Of a stretch of DNA of 64,000 nt, positions 38,112-48,136 are shown one piece after another. This DNA comes from a virus. Its lineage: Duplodnaviria > Heunggongvirae > Uroviricota > Caudoviricetes. Location of the stretch: IMG/VR virus record IMGVR_UViG_3300042914_002848; one strand, 5' to 3'. A program made the translations under genes and the position numbers. The number at the start of each line of letters is the position of its first letter. Position 1 is the stretch's first letter. The notes beneath the pieces were generated by a model. That model had not been told where the DNA came from and made no database searches. It worked only from the letters and a program-made list of their open reading frames with translations.

Positions 38112-38369
38112 TTATTTTTCTAAACTTTTTAAATATTGTTTTCTTTTTGCTAATTCTAATTGTTTTCTTTTTGAAATAGATTTAGGAACAAATTCAGTTC
38201 TTTCCCTTAATTCATCCATTATTCCACTATCTTTAACCATTTTTTTAAAAAGCCTCATTGCAGCATCTACATTGTTTTCTACTACTTTTACTGCAATTCC
38301 CCCACCGGGTTTATACATTAATTCTCTTCTGACTTTTTTCTTTTTTGGTCTTTCTTCGTTTTCACTCAT
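38112..38369 (-). CDS. rpsU: Phage-encoded 30S ribosomal protein bS21
   Basis: VKVVENNVDAAMRLFKKMVKDSGIMDELRERTEFVPKSISKR matches the bS21 pattern. Confidence 0.9.
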   Translation of the reverse strand: MSENEERPKKKKVRRELMYKPGGGIAVKVVENNVDAAMRLFKKMVKDSGIMDELRERTEFVPKSISKRKQLELAKRKQYLKSLEK

Positions 38370-38389
38370 CGTAACTTTGTTTAAATTGT

Positions 38390-38710
38390 TTATTGTATAA
38401 CTTCTAAGTTTTGAATGGATTCTTCTATTAATCCACCTTTTGTTCTTACTATTGCAGTTTTATTGTTTATTTCCATTACAACCCCACCCGTATTTTTGCC
38501 CTTAACAAAAACAGGTGAACCAACTTCAACAGTTGGACCAGCTACTTTTACATTTTCAGATATATCATCCAATACAACTTTAAATGCACGGATTGCTTTA
38601 GAAATACCCTGTTGTTGTTTTCTTGGTAATTTACCAATATCTTTTAGATTATCTTTTATAAAGTCAGAAAACTTTAAAGATATGTTTTGTATAATGTCTA
38701 TTGCTGGCAT
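38390..38710 (-). CDS. Hypothetical protein with C-terminal KOW/SH3-like strand set
   Basis: VEVGSPVFVKGKNTGGVVMEINNKTAIVRT. Confidence 0.55.
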   Translation of the reverse strand: MPAIDIIQNISLKFSDFIKDNLKDIGKLPRKQQQGISKAIRAFKVVLDDISENVKVAGPTVEVGSPVFVKGKNTGGVVMEINNKTAIVRTKGGLIEESIQNLEVIQ

Positions 38711-38725
38711 AGTATGTGTTACCTT

Positions 38726-40216
38726 TTATTTTTTGTGTGATTGATATCCCTTACCCTTCATCCACCAAGCCAATGCCCAAGGATTATCAATACCCGGTTC
38801 ATCTTTCATTGCTTTTACTGTCTTTTCCCATCCTTCGGGTGCAACTTCATTTTTTAGTTTGTTATTCTCCATAAATGGTTTAAATGCCGATGTAACTTTA
38901 TCTATACTCATTCCATCAAATTTGTTCTGCATCTTAACATCACCTGAATTATATAGTTTTAACAACTTCTCTGCGGTTTTCTTATCAACTTTGGTAGAAC
39001 CAATACGAGAGGTTGAACCATTAGCCACCTGCTTTAATAAATCAGATAATCTTGCGGTTGCCTCACTTAACGACTTTTTTTTTAAAAGACTTGTTAATCT
39101 CATAGATTCATTGGTAAATTCCTCTGCATTCTTTTTATCGGCTGGGTCTACATCAGTTACTTTGTAAGTTTTCCCATCAACAGTAAAACTATCTTTGCCT
39201 GCTGCTATTGCCTTTGCTCTTTCTGCACCAAACTCATTACCTTCTTCTATTTCAACATCGTTTAATGATTCTTTAATAGAATACTTCATATGAGATGGCG
39301 CTGAACTTTGCAATGCTTTCATAGCAATTAACAAATCACCCTTACCTTTACCAGATAATACTTCGTATCTCTCACCGGTCTTTTCATTGTAAACAATTAC
39401 TTTTGCTTCATTCACATTCTCTTTTAACTTTTTTGCTAAAACATCATCGGTATAGTATTGAGTTCTACCACCACCTTGAAACTTATAGCTGTATTTATCT
39501 TCTTTTGGTAAATAATCAATTGATACCAATTTCATTTTTACAGGTTTTACCATCCCAGAACCATCCCCACCTACCATCATAGTAGCTCCAACTTTCATTA
39601 GTTTATCATTTGCTTCATTAACTCTTTTTTTGTTTTTGAGGAATGAACCCAATTTCATATTACTCATATTTTCTCCTACGAACTCTTCTGCGTTCTTTTT
39701 ATCTTCTGAATCTACACCTGTTACTTTGAAACTTTTACCACCTACATTAAAGGTATCATCACCCGATGCTATTGCTTTTGCTCTTTCTGCACCAAACTCA
39801 TTACCTTCTTTAATTTCATAATATTTACCTAACACCTCACCAATCTCATCATACGATGATTCTAATCTTTGTTGAAGAGTTGCTACTTCTTTAATTGTGC
39901 TTGAAAAAATCTTAAATGATTCATTCATTGATTTCATATGGCGATTAACCGTTACTTTATCAAACCAATCACCAGTTTCTTTTAAGGTTAATTTTTCAGC
40001 GGTTTCTACGATGTTTTTAATATTCTCATAGGCCTCCATCAAATTACCATTGTGATAAATTGCTTCACCGATTTTTCTATAAGATGCCACCGCTTCAATA
40101 AAAGCACGCTTTTCATCAGGTGTCATTGATGTATCATCTAAATCTTCCTCACCTATGTTTAATCTACGATAATCTAAGTGTTGAGATTCTTTAAGTAAAT
40201 TTAATAATTTTTTCAT
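38726..40216 (-). CDS. Modular head-associated protein with xNE/xxE linkers
   Basis: Duplicated EGNEFGAERAKAIA module, multiple VNE/LKE/LSE sites; located in the head module. Confidence 0.6.
   Translation of the reverse strand: MKKLLNLLKESQHLDYRRLNIGEEDLDDTSMTPDEKRAFIEAVASYRKIGEAIYHNGNLMEAYENIKNIVETAEKLTLKETGDWFDKVTVNRHMKSMNESFKIFSSTIKEVATLQQRLESSYDEIGEVLGKYYEIKEGNEFGAERAKAIASGDDTFNVGGKSFKVTGVDSEDKKNAEEFVGENMSNMKLGSFLKNKKRVNEANDKLMKVGATMMVGGDGSGMVKPVKMKLVSIDYLPKEDKYSYKFQGGGRTQYYTDDVLAKKLKENVNEAKVIVYNEKTGERYEVLSGKGKGDLLIAMKALQSSAPSHMKYSIKESLNDVEIEEGNEFGAERAKAIAAGKDSFTVDGKTYKVTDVDPADKKNAEEFTNESMRLTSLLKKKSLSEATARLSDLLKQVANGSTSRIGSTKVDKKTAEKLLKLYNSGDVKMQNKFDGMSIDKVTSAFKPFMENNKLKNEVAPEGWEKTVKAMKDEPGIDNPWALAWWMKGKGYQSHKK
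39203..39810. repeat. 44-nt near-identical direct repeat pair (39203-39246 and 39767-39810)
   Basis: One mismatch between copies; encodes EGNEFGAERAKAIA. Confidence 0.9.
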
Positions 40217-40242
40217 TGTAGTGACCTTTTTTATTTCAGTTA

Positions 40243-41631
40243 TTAATAAATATCTAATTTTCCATTATTAGATATGCGGGCAACTTTGATAAATGTAGAT
40301 TTTTTTGCCGATTCTTTGATTACAACAATTCCATTCTCATCACCTCTTTTAGCAGTTTTAATACCACCCTCAATTGAATCTAATTTATGTCTTACTTTGT
40401 TTGAGCCTTTTACATTACCATTTTTATCCGATGGAACTAATGTTGCCGAAAAATCATCCATATCCACAATTTTATAATATCGGCCACCTTCAATTCCTTT
40501 TAACATAGTAAATCCCTGTCCCAATATTACCGAACCTATTTTTAAGTCAGTTGGATATTTGGCTTCGTTTACTGATTCAGTTGTTATCTTTTTTGATTTA
40601 AAATATGCAATTACATCTTTACCAGTATCAAATGCTTTTTGACCTCTCCAAGAAGAATGATACATCCAATATGAATTGCTTCCATCTTCCCAATCAAAAT
40701 CACCCGAAGATATTTCTCTACCATCATAGGTTAAATACCCAACACCTTGTTTAGAATAAAAACGATATTTACCATCTCTAAAATTAACATCTTCGTTTAC
40801 CGATTCGGTTTTACGCTTACTAACTACAACTCTTTGATGTCTAATTTCATCTTTAATTGTATTAATCAATGAGTTCATATCTTTGTGGTCCGATACTTTA
40901 GTTTCTTCGTAATTACTTTTACCATCATCACCTTTCCAGTTAAACCCAACATAGTCTTTATTTTTTCCAACATATTTTATTTCAACTCTAGTATTACCAA
41001 CTTTAATAGTAGAACCATCCTTTGGTAATTCTGCTTCGTTTACTGATTCACTCATCTTAAAATAGAAATATTTTCTCATATAGTCCAATGACTTTATGAT
41101 ATCTTGTAATTCTCTTTTACCCTTTGGTCCAAGTTCCGCATCTTTCAAATATGCACTTAAAACTGCATATGCTCCATTTACAAATTGGTATGGGTTTTCA
41201 GCTTTTACAGTATATGAAGCCTCATTTACTGATTCTAAATTCAAACTTCTTTGTGCGTTAGTCAAACCACTAATGATAGATTTTAATCCACCCTTAACAC
41301 CTTCAGTATCTTTAGCTTGAACTTTTTTGTCCAAAATTTTGGTGTTCATTTTTAAAAAGTTGATGATTGCGTTTTGAACTGCGTTCCAATTTAAATCAGC
41401 TTCGTTTACTGATTCGGATACATTAGAATCCCTAAGAATAGACTGAGCCATAGTTGAAACAAAGTTTATTTTAGCTTTAGATAGTGTTTCTAAATCATCT
41501 TTTGATAACTTCTTTAAAGCCATCATAAGTTTTTTAACGGCCGGAGAATTTGGGTTTATTTTTTTAATATCACCGTAAGTTGCTTTTAACAAATTTATTT
41601 GATTCTGATTAATAGATTCTTTTAATCTCAT
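40243..41631 (-). CDS. Modular head-associated protein with five ESVNE linkers
   Basis: Unrelated 60-80 aa modules separated by (S/T/L)ESVNE(A/D); adjacent to the prohead protease. Confidence 0.65.
   Translation of the reverse strand: MRLKESINQNQINLLKATYGDIKKINPNSPAVKKLMMALKKLSKDDLETLSKAKINFVSTMAQSILRDSNVSESVNEADLNWNAVQNAIINFLKMNTKILDKKVQAKDTEGVKGGLKSIISGLTNAQRSLNLESVNEASYTVKAENPYQFVNGAYAVLSAYLKDAELGPKGKRELQDIIKSLDYMRKYFYFKMSESVNEAELPKDGSTIKVGNTRVEIKYVGKNKDYVGFNWKGDDGKSNYEETKVSDHKDMNSLINTIKDEIRHQRVVVSKRKTESVNEDVNFRDGKYRFYSKQGVGYLTYDGREISSGDFDWEDGSNSYWMYHSSWRGQKAFDTGKDVIAYFKSKKITTESVNEAKYPTDLKIGSVILGQGFTMLKGIEGGRYYKIVDMDDFSATLVPSDKNGNVKGSNKVRHKLDSIEGGIKTAKRGDENGIVVIKESAKKSTFIKVARISNNGKLDIY
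40563..41415. repeat. Five dispersed 16-nt direct repeats (sense GAATCAGTAAACGAAG)
   Basis: Copies at 40563, 40791, 41034, 41220 and 41400 (three identical, two variants); spacings 228/243/186/180. Confidence 0.85.
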
Positions 41632-42266
41632 TTTATTTCTCCAAAATTACATTCGCAATATCCACCAATTTCACAAATAATATCTCTCATAATATCGTTT
41701 GCCTTTTGATATTTATTAACATTATTAACATTACGATTAACACCTTCATTAACAGGCTTTAAAAACGCACCATAGGTTGATGGGTTACTTACAAAATCCC
41801 AACATATTAAATCAAAATCACCCTCAACTGCAACTGTCCCATCTTCTTTGATTTGGCGAACCGAACCCATACCCCGTGATGATATACCAACTGTACACCC
41901 TGCTTCTACTAGCTCTTTAAGTATTCTACCCGCTGGGGTATTAAGTATTTCTACTTTCCCAACTACATCTGTACCATCCCACCAAATATCTCTAATAATG
42001 TGCGATGTGTTCTTTAATTCAACTACAGAAGATTCTGGGTGGTCTAATTCTCCATAAGCACGATTTTCTTTGATTTCCCTACCTTTGTATTTTAAAACTT
42101 CACGCTTTAATATACTTTCGGGATATACTCTACCATTTTGGTTTTTTTCGTTTGCTCTTTGTAGAACACCACTTACGATAAGTCTACCATCACCCTTCAT
42201 CGCAGCTTCTTTGAGCTGCTGGGGTTTTACATCAAATACAATAGTATCAACTAATAGCTGTTTCAT
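41628..42266 (-). CDS. gp21: Prohead core protease
   Basis: NQNGRVYP, GELDHP, GISSRGMGS, WDFVSNPS. Confidence 0.95.
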   Translation of the reverse strand: MKQLLVDTIVFDVKPQQLKEAAMKGDGRLIVSGVLQRANEKNQNGRVYPESILKREVLKYKGREIKENRAYGELDHPESSVVELKNTSHIIRDIWWDGTDVVGKVEILNTPAGRILKELVEAGCTVGISSRGMGSVRQIKEDGTVAVEGDFDLICWDFVSNPSTYGAFLKPVNEGVNRNVNNVNKYQKANDIMRDIICEIGGYCECNFGEIK

Positions 42267-42269
42267 TTT

Positions 42270-42794
42270 CTATGCACCCAATTGTTTAATCTTATATGAA
42301 ATACGATTTAATCTTTCTGATATTTTGGAAAAATTGTTTCTTGTCTTTTTCCAATATGCGTTGGATGAAACACCCATTTCGGTTTTTAATTTTATATTTT
42401 GATTTACCAAGTGCTCTACTTCGTAAATTTTTCTATTAATTTCTTTGATTGCTTTATTGATTTTTAACTGGGGAGAACCCATTTCATCTTTTCGGTATTG
42501 GCGATAATTTAATTCATTAATAGCATCTTCAATACCCTGCTCCCATCTCTCCAAAAAATTTCTTTTTACACTTTTTATTTTTTTATACCCCAATACTTCA
42601 ATATGGTCATCATCCATATCCTTTTCACTTTTCGCAAAAGCGTATGGAGTTTTGGGTGGGCCAGCCCCACCATCCAAATTAGAGGTAACATTTTGTTCTT
42701 CCAGCTCTGCATCTTTTTCATCCTGCGGCTGTTCATCAATTTCTTCTAGCTGCTTGAATTTTTTATCAAGCTCCTCAATTAGAAATCTACTCAT
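42270..42794 (-). CDS. Hypothetical prohead-region protein
   Basis: 174-aa ORF between portal and protease genes. Confidence 0.6.
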   Translation of the reverse strand: MSRFLIEELDKKFKQLEEIDEQPQDEKDAELEEQNVTSNLDGGAGPPKTPYAFAKSEKDMDDDHIEVLGYKKIKSVKRNFLERWEQGIEDAINELNYRQYRKDEMGSPQLKINKAIKEINRKIYEVEHLVNQNIKLKTEMGVSSNAYWKKTRNNFSKISERLNRISYKIKQLGA

Positions 42795-42795
42795 A

Positions 42796-43626
42796 TTAAA
42801 TACCTTTTAATTCGTTTAATAATTGGTGATATCTTAAAAGACCTAATGCCTGATTTTCAGATACAATTTTAGAATTTGATAAGCCATCAATTAAATTGAC
42901 AACTTCTTTAAGTTTTATAGTGGAAACTTTATCTGAAATTTTTATTTTGGAAAATTCTTTTTTAAGCTTTTCACTTTCTCTTAAAATAAACCTTTTTAGG
43001 TTATCTGAATTATCAACATTGTTAATATAGTTTCTAAGTACCGATTTTTGCTCGGTAGTTAAACCCTTATATTTTTCATTAAATTTATCAACTAAAAATT
43101 TGTATGCTAATAATCTTACATCTTTTGATTCATTTACATATTCACTATTTATCTCAAGCTCAGCTTTGGGTTTTTTTGTTACATTTTCTAATATAACATT
43201 TTTACATTCAACCCATTCTTTTGGAGATGTACCTTCACCATTTTCAAACAATTTGTAAATAGATGCAAGGGATTTGTAATTGGATACTCTATATTTGAAA
43301 AAATCGTTTGTAGTAAAGCGTTCATTAATTGTTTTAATTAAATTATACTTCTCACGCTTCAATACACCATCATTTAATTTTTTTCTTTCCGATAAAACAA
43401 TATTTAAAAACTCTTGTGCTTTATAAGAATTATCAAAGTTTTCTTTTACTAAATACTGATATAGTTTTAGTTCTTTATTTAGTTCACTTCCAGTTTTAAA
43501 GTGTTTTTTAATGATAGAAAGGGCAGGTGAGTTCTTTTCGTTCAATGTATCAGATGCGATTTGTCTGACCAATAGTTCAAACAAAACGCCTGTATTTTTA
43601 AATTTTGAATGCCTAAGTTTATTCAT
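42796..43626 (-). CDS. Hypothetical prohead-region protein
   Basis: 276-aa ORF (HSKFKNTGVLFELLVRQ) downstream of portal; late motif variant at 43654. Confidence 0.6.
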   Translation of the reverse strand: MNKLRHSKFKNTGVLFELLVRQIASDTLNEKNSPALSIIKKHFKTGSELNKELKLYQYLVKENFDNSYKAQEFLNIVLSERKKLNDGVLKREKYNLIKTINERFTTNDFFKYRVSNYKSLASIYKLFENGEGTSPKEWVECKNVILENVTKKPKAELEINSEYVNESKDVRLLAYKFLVDKFNEKYKGLTTEQKSVLRNYINNVDNSDNLKRFILRESEKLKKEFSKIKISDKVSTIKLKEVVNLIDGLSNSKIVSENQALGLLRYHQLLNELKGI

Positions 43627-43673
43627 TTTTGTTTTTACCCCTATATATCATTTAATAAATATACTAAAATTGA

Positions 43674-45587
43674 TTAAACCATATCATTTAGTATGTTTTT
43701 CTCATCTAACATACCAACTTCATTAACTTCATCATCAGTTGAAAGCGATTCAATTATCATTTTTTTGGTTTTAATTTTTGATTTTTGCAAACTTGCTTTC
43801 AATTGTACACCTTCAATTGATAATGGCGATTTTCTATAATTGTGATATGTTGATTCAGGTGATATATTTTTTTCATATCCCAATGGGTTTCTTCCAAAGT
43901 TACTTTCATCCGTTCCAGTTGTACTTCCCTTTTGTGGAGCACCTGCGCCAGGAAACCCACCTTCAGGTGAACCACCCTCAGGTCCTACTTCACCATTTGT
44001 TGGAGCGGGTGCTTGTTGCCCACCACCTTCAGCGGATTGTTGAGATACAACAGCCATATCATGTGGTGTTCCAAATGATTCACCTGTTTTGACTGGGTCA
44101 TTACCTTCATTTTCAATTTGATTCTGTCTAAACCCTAACTTCAAATCATCAATAACTTTTTGTTGTTCAGCTTTCCACTCATCATCGGACATATTAAATA
44201 TATTCTTATATATCCACTCTTGTGATAGTAATTTTGATGTTTTAATATCGCTTGCCAATCTAACATTCTCAACCCATAATGCAACTTTTTCTTGCTGATA
44301 AACAATTGATGGTGGGGTTAGTTCTAACCAAAAGTTTGCTAAATCCTCATTCTCATACCCTTGAGCGTAAAGATGGATAATTGCTATTTTGGTTAATTCC
44401 GATAAAACGATTTTTTGTACTCTTTCAATACTTCGTGCAAAACGAATATCTTGTTGTGCAAGTGTTGCTTTACCGTCCACACCCTCTTCATATCCAATAA
44501 ATGCTTTTGGAACTTTAAGAGCGGCCATCATTCGGTTTTTTAAATAATTTATATCTTCAATCCCCGTAAATTCCATACCACTTAAAGTATCAATTTGAGT
44601 ACCAGACTGACCACCTCTGACGGGTAAGTAATAATCTTCTAACATATTTTGAATGTTGAATTTAAGATTATAATCTCCAGTTTGTTGGTCTACATAAGGA
44701 ATTTTTTTCATTTGGTCAATAATATTTCTAATGTGCTGGTCAACCTCATTTGGTGGAATATTACCAACATCAATTTTAAAGACCCTCTTTTCAGGTGCTC
44801 TCATAATACGATGAATTAACATCGCATCTTCCATAAGGGTTAATTGCTTCCAAGTTTTTCTTGCAGGCTCTAAAAGTGAACGGCCGTATGGTAAAAAGTT
44901 TGTATCTGAAAATAATCTAAAATGTGCTATTTTATAAAACGGAATATAATTATGAAAATCATTTTGAGATTTTTGGTAATTAAATCCTGTAGCACCACCA
45001 CCAAAGGTTGTCATTTTAAAACGAACTTCAAATGGATTATCTTCGTTAAACCCTTCTTCTCTCTCAACCTCATATGCTGATATGGGTGATACATTTACAA
45101 TTCCAACACCCTCTTCTATATCCAAATTTAAATAATAATCACCATATTTGTTCATCCCCCTAATCCATGCCCATAAATTAAATTCAATATTTAAAACATC
45201 GTAAAAAAGGTTGTGTAGTATTTTTTTGATATTTTCATCATCGGAGTTAATTCGTAAAACATCGCCTACATCGTTTTTAAGAGTGCACTCATCCGAATAT
45301 ATATCTAACACCGATGCGATAATTGAATCTTTATCCATTGCTTCATAATCGGTATATAGCTCTAATCTATTGGATGAATAATTGTATTGGTTATTGTATG
45401 TTTCCCAATTTTGACGGGTACTATGCAATCTACCAAATCTATCGTAGTAAGATGTTCCTTTTATGTTACCTTGTGATTGTAATCTTTGTGTGTCAATTGC
45501 ACGGGTCTTACCCTTACCAATTCTCCTTATAACAACTTGCGTTGAAAAAAGTCTTTGCAATCTACCGAATAATGATTTATCTGCCAT
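43674..45587 (-). CDS. gp20: Portal protein
   Basis: LMEDAMLIHRIMRAPEKRVFKIDVGN, EDYYLPVRGG, ALKVPKAF, DIRF. Confidence 0.95.
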   Translation of the reverse strand: MADKSLFGRLQRLFSTQVVIRRIGKGKTRAIDTQRLQSQGNIKGTSYYDRFGRLHSTRQNWETYNNQYNYSSNRLELYTDYEAMDKDSIIASVLDIYSDECTLKNDVGDVLRINSDDENIKKILHNLFYDVLNIEFNLWAWIRGMNKYGDYYLNLDIEEGVGIVNVSPISAYEVEREEGFNEDNPFEVRFKMTTFGGGATGFNYQKSQNDFHNYIPFYKIAHFRLFSDTNFLPYGRSLLEPARKTWKQLTLMEDAMLIHRIMRAPEKRVFKIDVGNIPPNEVDQHIRNIIDQMKKIPYVDQQTGDYNLKFNIQNMLEDYYLPVRGGQSGTQIDTLSGMEFTGIEDINYLKNRMMAALKVPKAFIGYEEGVDGKATLAQQDIRFARSIERVQKIVLSELTKIAIIHLYAQGYENEDLANFWLELTPPSIVYQQEKVALWVENVRLASDIKTSKLLSQEWIYKNIFNMSDDEWKAEQQKVIDDLKLGFRQNQIENEGNDPVKTGESFGTPHDMAVVSQQSAEGGGQQAPAPTNGEVGPEGGSPEGGFPGAGAPQKGSTTGTDESNFGRNPLGYEKNISPESTYHNYRKSPLSIEGVQLKASLQKSKIKTKKMIIESLSTDDEVNEVGMLDEKNILNDMV

Positions 45588-45590
45588 AAA

Positions 45591-45598
45591 TATAAATA
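45591..45598 (-). promoter_or_regulatory. Putative late promoter TATTTATA
   Basis: Exact copy, 3 nt from the portal ATG. Confidence 0.55.
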
Positions 45599-45606
45599 TA
45601 AATTTT

Positions 45607-47193
45607 TTACAATAACCAACTCAAGTCAACATCGTTACCACGAACATCCTTCATCAAGTACGGGTTTTGTGTTTGATTTCTGCTTGAAAATACTCCTGTC
45701 TGAGTTGAAGATATTTTAGTAATATGTGTTAATGCACTTCGGGTTAAATCCATCCCCTGCTGTCTTAATTTAAGAGCCGTATCTCTCACCCAAAGACCTG
45801 TAGAAAAGGATATAACCAAGTCATCATTGTAACCTCGTTGTGCTTCTGCTTTTGGCCCATTCCAAATAAACACAAACAATTCATCTAATAACCTTTTAGA
45901 ACGAATTATGGGAGATTTCTCTCTCATATAAGTATCTAACTTTGATATAATTAATGGACGGGTTTTTTGTGTTATTGAAAACCCTGGCACCATATCTTCT
46001 TTTTGTTTTAAATCCCACCCACGCCTTAAGTGGATGTCCTCATCTACATACCCCAACTCTCTATACGAATAGTAAAGGTTTTGATAATTACGGTCAATGG
46101 CTTCTTGAATTACCGCCCACCCAATGTTTGCGTTTTCAATTACCAAAAGAGCGTTGTTCCACTCCGTTGCAACTGATGTTAGAAAAGCCCCATATTGTTT
46201 TGTTTCTATCTTACCCCTATACTCTGCTACCTGTTCAATTCTTTCAACATCTATGACATGAAATGCGGAATAGTCTGCACCATCACCCCTAGCAACGTCG
46301 GCAACAACAATATAGTTTTTTTCATAGTTTGGGTAATCCCATATCCAATAATTCGCATCAAACCCGCGCTTTTCAACGGGTTCGGTAATATGGGTTTCAC
46401 TATACCACTCTAACACACTACCATCAACAACGGTGTAACCTGATGATATAAAGTCGGTATCACATTCTTGTGCAGCACCTTTCTCACCCAATAATCGGGT
46501 TTGTTCATCTCTCCATCGTTGATTTCTTTCGGGGTGAACTGTCCAATGTAATCTTGTTGGATGCCATTTATCACCTTGCTCACCCTGCAACCAAACTTTA
46601 TGAAAGAAATTACCTACACCATTTGGTGTTGAAAGAACGATAGCACCACCACCAGTTGAAAGTGTTGATTGTGCTGATAACCATATCTCTTCAATACCTT
46701 TGATAAATGCAGCCTCATCAATAATCAATAATGAAAGTGCTTCAGAACGGCCTGCTGTTTCAGTTGCAGAAACTGCTTTAATCTGAGAACCATTCTTTAA
46801 TCTAAGTGATAATTTGTTATCTTCTGCCGCAGGGACTTTTAACCAACTTGGTAGGTTATCATACATAAACCTAACTTTGGTTACAAGGTTTTTTGCTACA
46901 TCCTGTGTGGTGGCAATTACAAGTATGTTCTTATCTCTATGAAACAACATTAACCAAGTAGCATATCCAGCACTAATAGTGGATATACCTAATTGGCGTG
47001 ATTTAAGAATAACATTGAAACGATGTTCTTTAAAACTATCAATCAATCCCTCTTGGAAATCATAAAGATTAAATAGTATTTTCCCTCTATGGGGATGTTG
47101 TATGTAACAGTATTTTTTAAAAAAATATACCGGGTCTTTTGCACACTTTACATACTCATCGGATATTAATTCCTTTAAAGTTTTAGTAGCCAT
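45607..47193 (-). CDS. gp17: Terminase large subunit
   Basis: KSRQLGIST, LLIIDEAAF, STPNG, ADVARG, NDDLVIS. Confidence 0.95.
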   Translation of the reverse strand: MATKTLKELISDEYVKCAKDPVYFFKKYCYIQHPHRGKILFNLYDFQEGLIDSFKEHRFNVILKSRQLGISTISAGYATWLMLFHRDKNILVIATTQDVAKNLVTKVRFMYDNLPSWLKVPAAEDNKLSLRLKNGSQIKAVSATETAGRSEALSLLIIDEAAFIKGIEEIWLSAQSTLSTGGGAIVLSTPNGVGNFFHKVWLQGEQGDKWHPTRLHWTVHPERNQRWRDEQTRLLGEKGAAQECDTDFISSGYTVVDGSVLEWYSETHITEPVEKRGFDANYWIWDYPNYEKNYIVVADVARGDGADYSAFHVIDVERIEQVAEYRGKIETKQYGAFLTSVATEWNNALLVIENANIGWAVIQEAIDRNYQNLYYSYRELGYVDEDIHLRRGWDLKQKEDMVPGFSITQKTRPLIISKLDTYMREKSPIIRSKRLLDELFVFIWNGPKAEAQRGYNDDLVISFSTGLWVRDTALKLRQQGMDLTRSALTHITKISSTQTGVFSSRNQTQNPYLMKDVRGNDVDLSWLL

Positions 47194-47197
47194 TAGT

Positions 47198-47800
47198 TTA
47201 TTTACTTATTTGCCAATAAATCTTTCCCGTAAAGTTTGGACTTAGTTGATTATCTATCCCAGCACCGATTGCAAATGCCTTTCTTTTTTTGGTTCTGATT
47301 AATAATTCACCATTAGCAATCATATAATTTCTACTCCCCACGAAACCACCACCCAAATAGATTTCTCTTTTGTTTATTAAAATACTATGAGTAACAGTCT
47401 TAGTAGGAATAACAACATTTGTTATAGATTGGCGTGATTGAATTTGATTTTGTGAAATTGTATCTTTTAATACTACATATCCAAATGTATCTACTGCAAT
47501 GGTGTCCTGATAATAATATTTTGAATAGTAATCTGTTAAAAGAGCCATTGTATCAATTGGTTCGGTTTGATTTACTATAAAACTATCAATATCAATTACA
47601 ACTCTATCTTGCCATTTCGGCACATAAACTTTTGATTCATTGGTAATAGTATCGTATTTGTATGCCACCGTTGTTATGGTGTCTATGGTAGGTTCGTTGT
47701 TAAAAATTCCTTTAACAAAGCCCATAGGTAATTTATCCCTAAGTAAAAATAGGGCAATTAATACTACTATTACTAGTCCAAAAATTTTAGATATTTTCAT
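47198..47800 (-). CDS. Membrane-anchored hypothetical protein (possibly lysis-related)
   Basis: Start MKISKIFGLVIVVLIALFLL (N-terminal TM), Thr/Asp-rich middle, beta-rich C-terminus. Confidence 0.5.
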   Translation of the reverse strand: MKISKIFGLVIVVLIALFLLRDKLPMGFVKGIFNNEPTIDTITTVAYKYDTITNESKVYVPKWQDRVVIDIDSFIVNQTEPIDTMALLTDYYSKYYYQDTIAVDTFGYVVLKDTISQNQIQSRQSITNVVIPTKTVTHSILINKREIYLGGGFVGSRNYMIANGELLIRTKKRKAFAIGAGIDNQLSPNFTGKIYWQISK

Positions 47801-48095
47801 TGTTCTTCTTCTGCTTTTTTTGTTTCGCTCTGTAGTTATTTCTTCTTTTTGGTTTTGGTTTTTGTTCAACAACAGCTTCGGCTTTAGGTTCTTCGGCAAC
47901 AGGTGTTGCTTTTTTAGCTTCAGCTTTTAGCTCCTCAGCGATTGCTCCTACCCCCGTTGGTGATAATGCACCAACATATCTTACCGATGATGAAAAAATT
48001 GATTCTTCTGGATATGGATGTATCACTGTTTCAACCTTCTTTGGTTCGGTTTTTTGACCAAAAATTAAACGAAATAATCTTTTTAAAATGTTCAT
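47787..48095 (-). CDS. Small hypothetical protein, basic C-terminus
   Basis: 102-aa ORF with an AGGAGG SD and late motif at 48114. Confidence 0.6.
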   Translation of the reverse strand: MNILKRLFRLIFGQKTEPKKVETVIHPYPEESIFSSSVRYVGALSPTGVGAIAEELKAEAKKATPVAEEPKAEAVVEQKPKPKRRNNYRAKQKKQKKNNENI

Positions 48096-48113
48096 AACTT
48101 TTCCTCCTATTTT

Positions 48114-48121
48114 TATAAATA
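48114..48121 (-). promoter_or_regulatory. Putative late promoter TATTTATA
   Basis: Exact copy heading the terminase operon. Confidence 0.55.
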
Positions 48122-48136
48122 TTGATTTTAATTTTA

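Noticed and set aside
40563-41415. Regularly spaced repeats as a CRISPR array
   Set aside because: Repeats are only 16 nt, spacers are 160-230 nt, in frame and coding, and there are no cas genes; treated as protein linker repeats.
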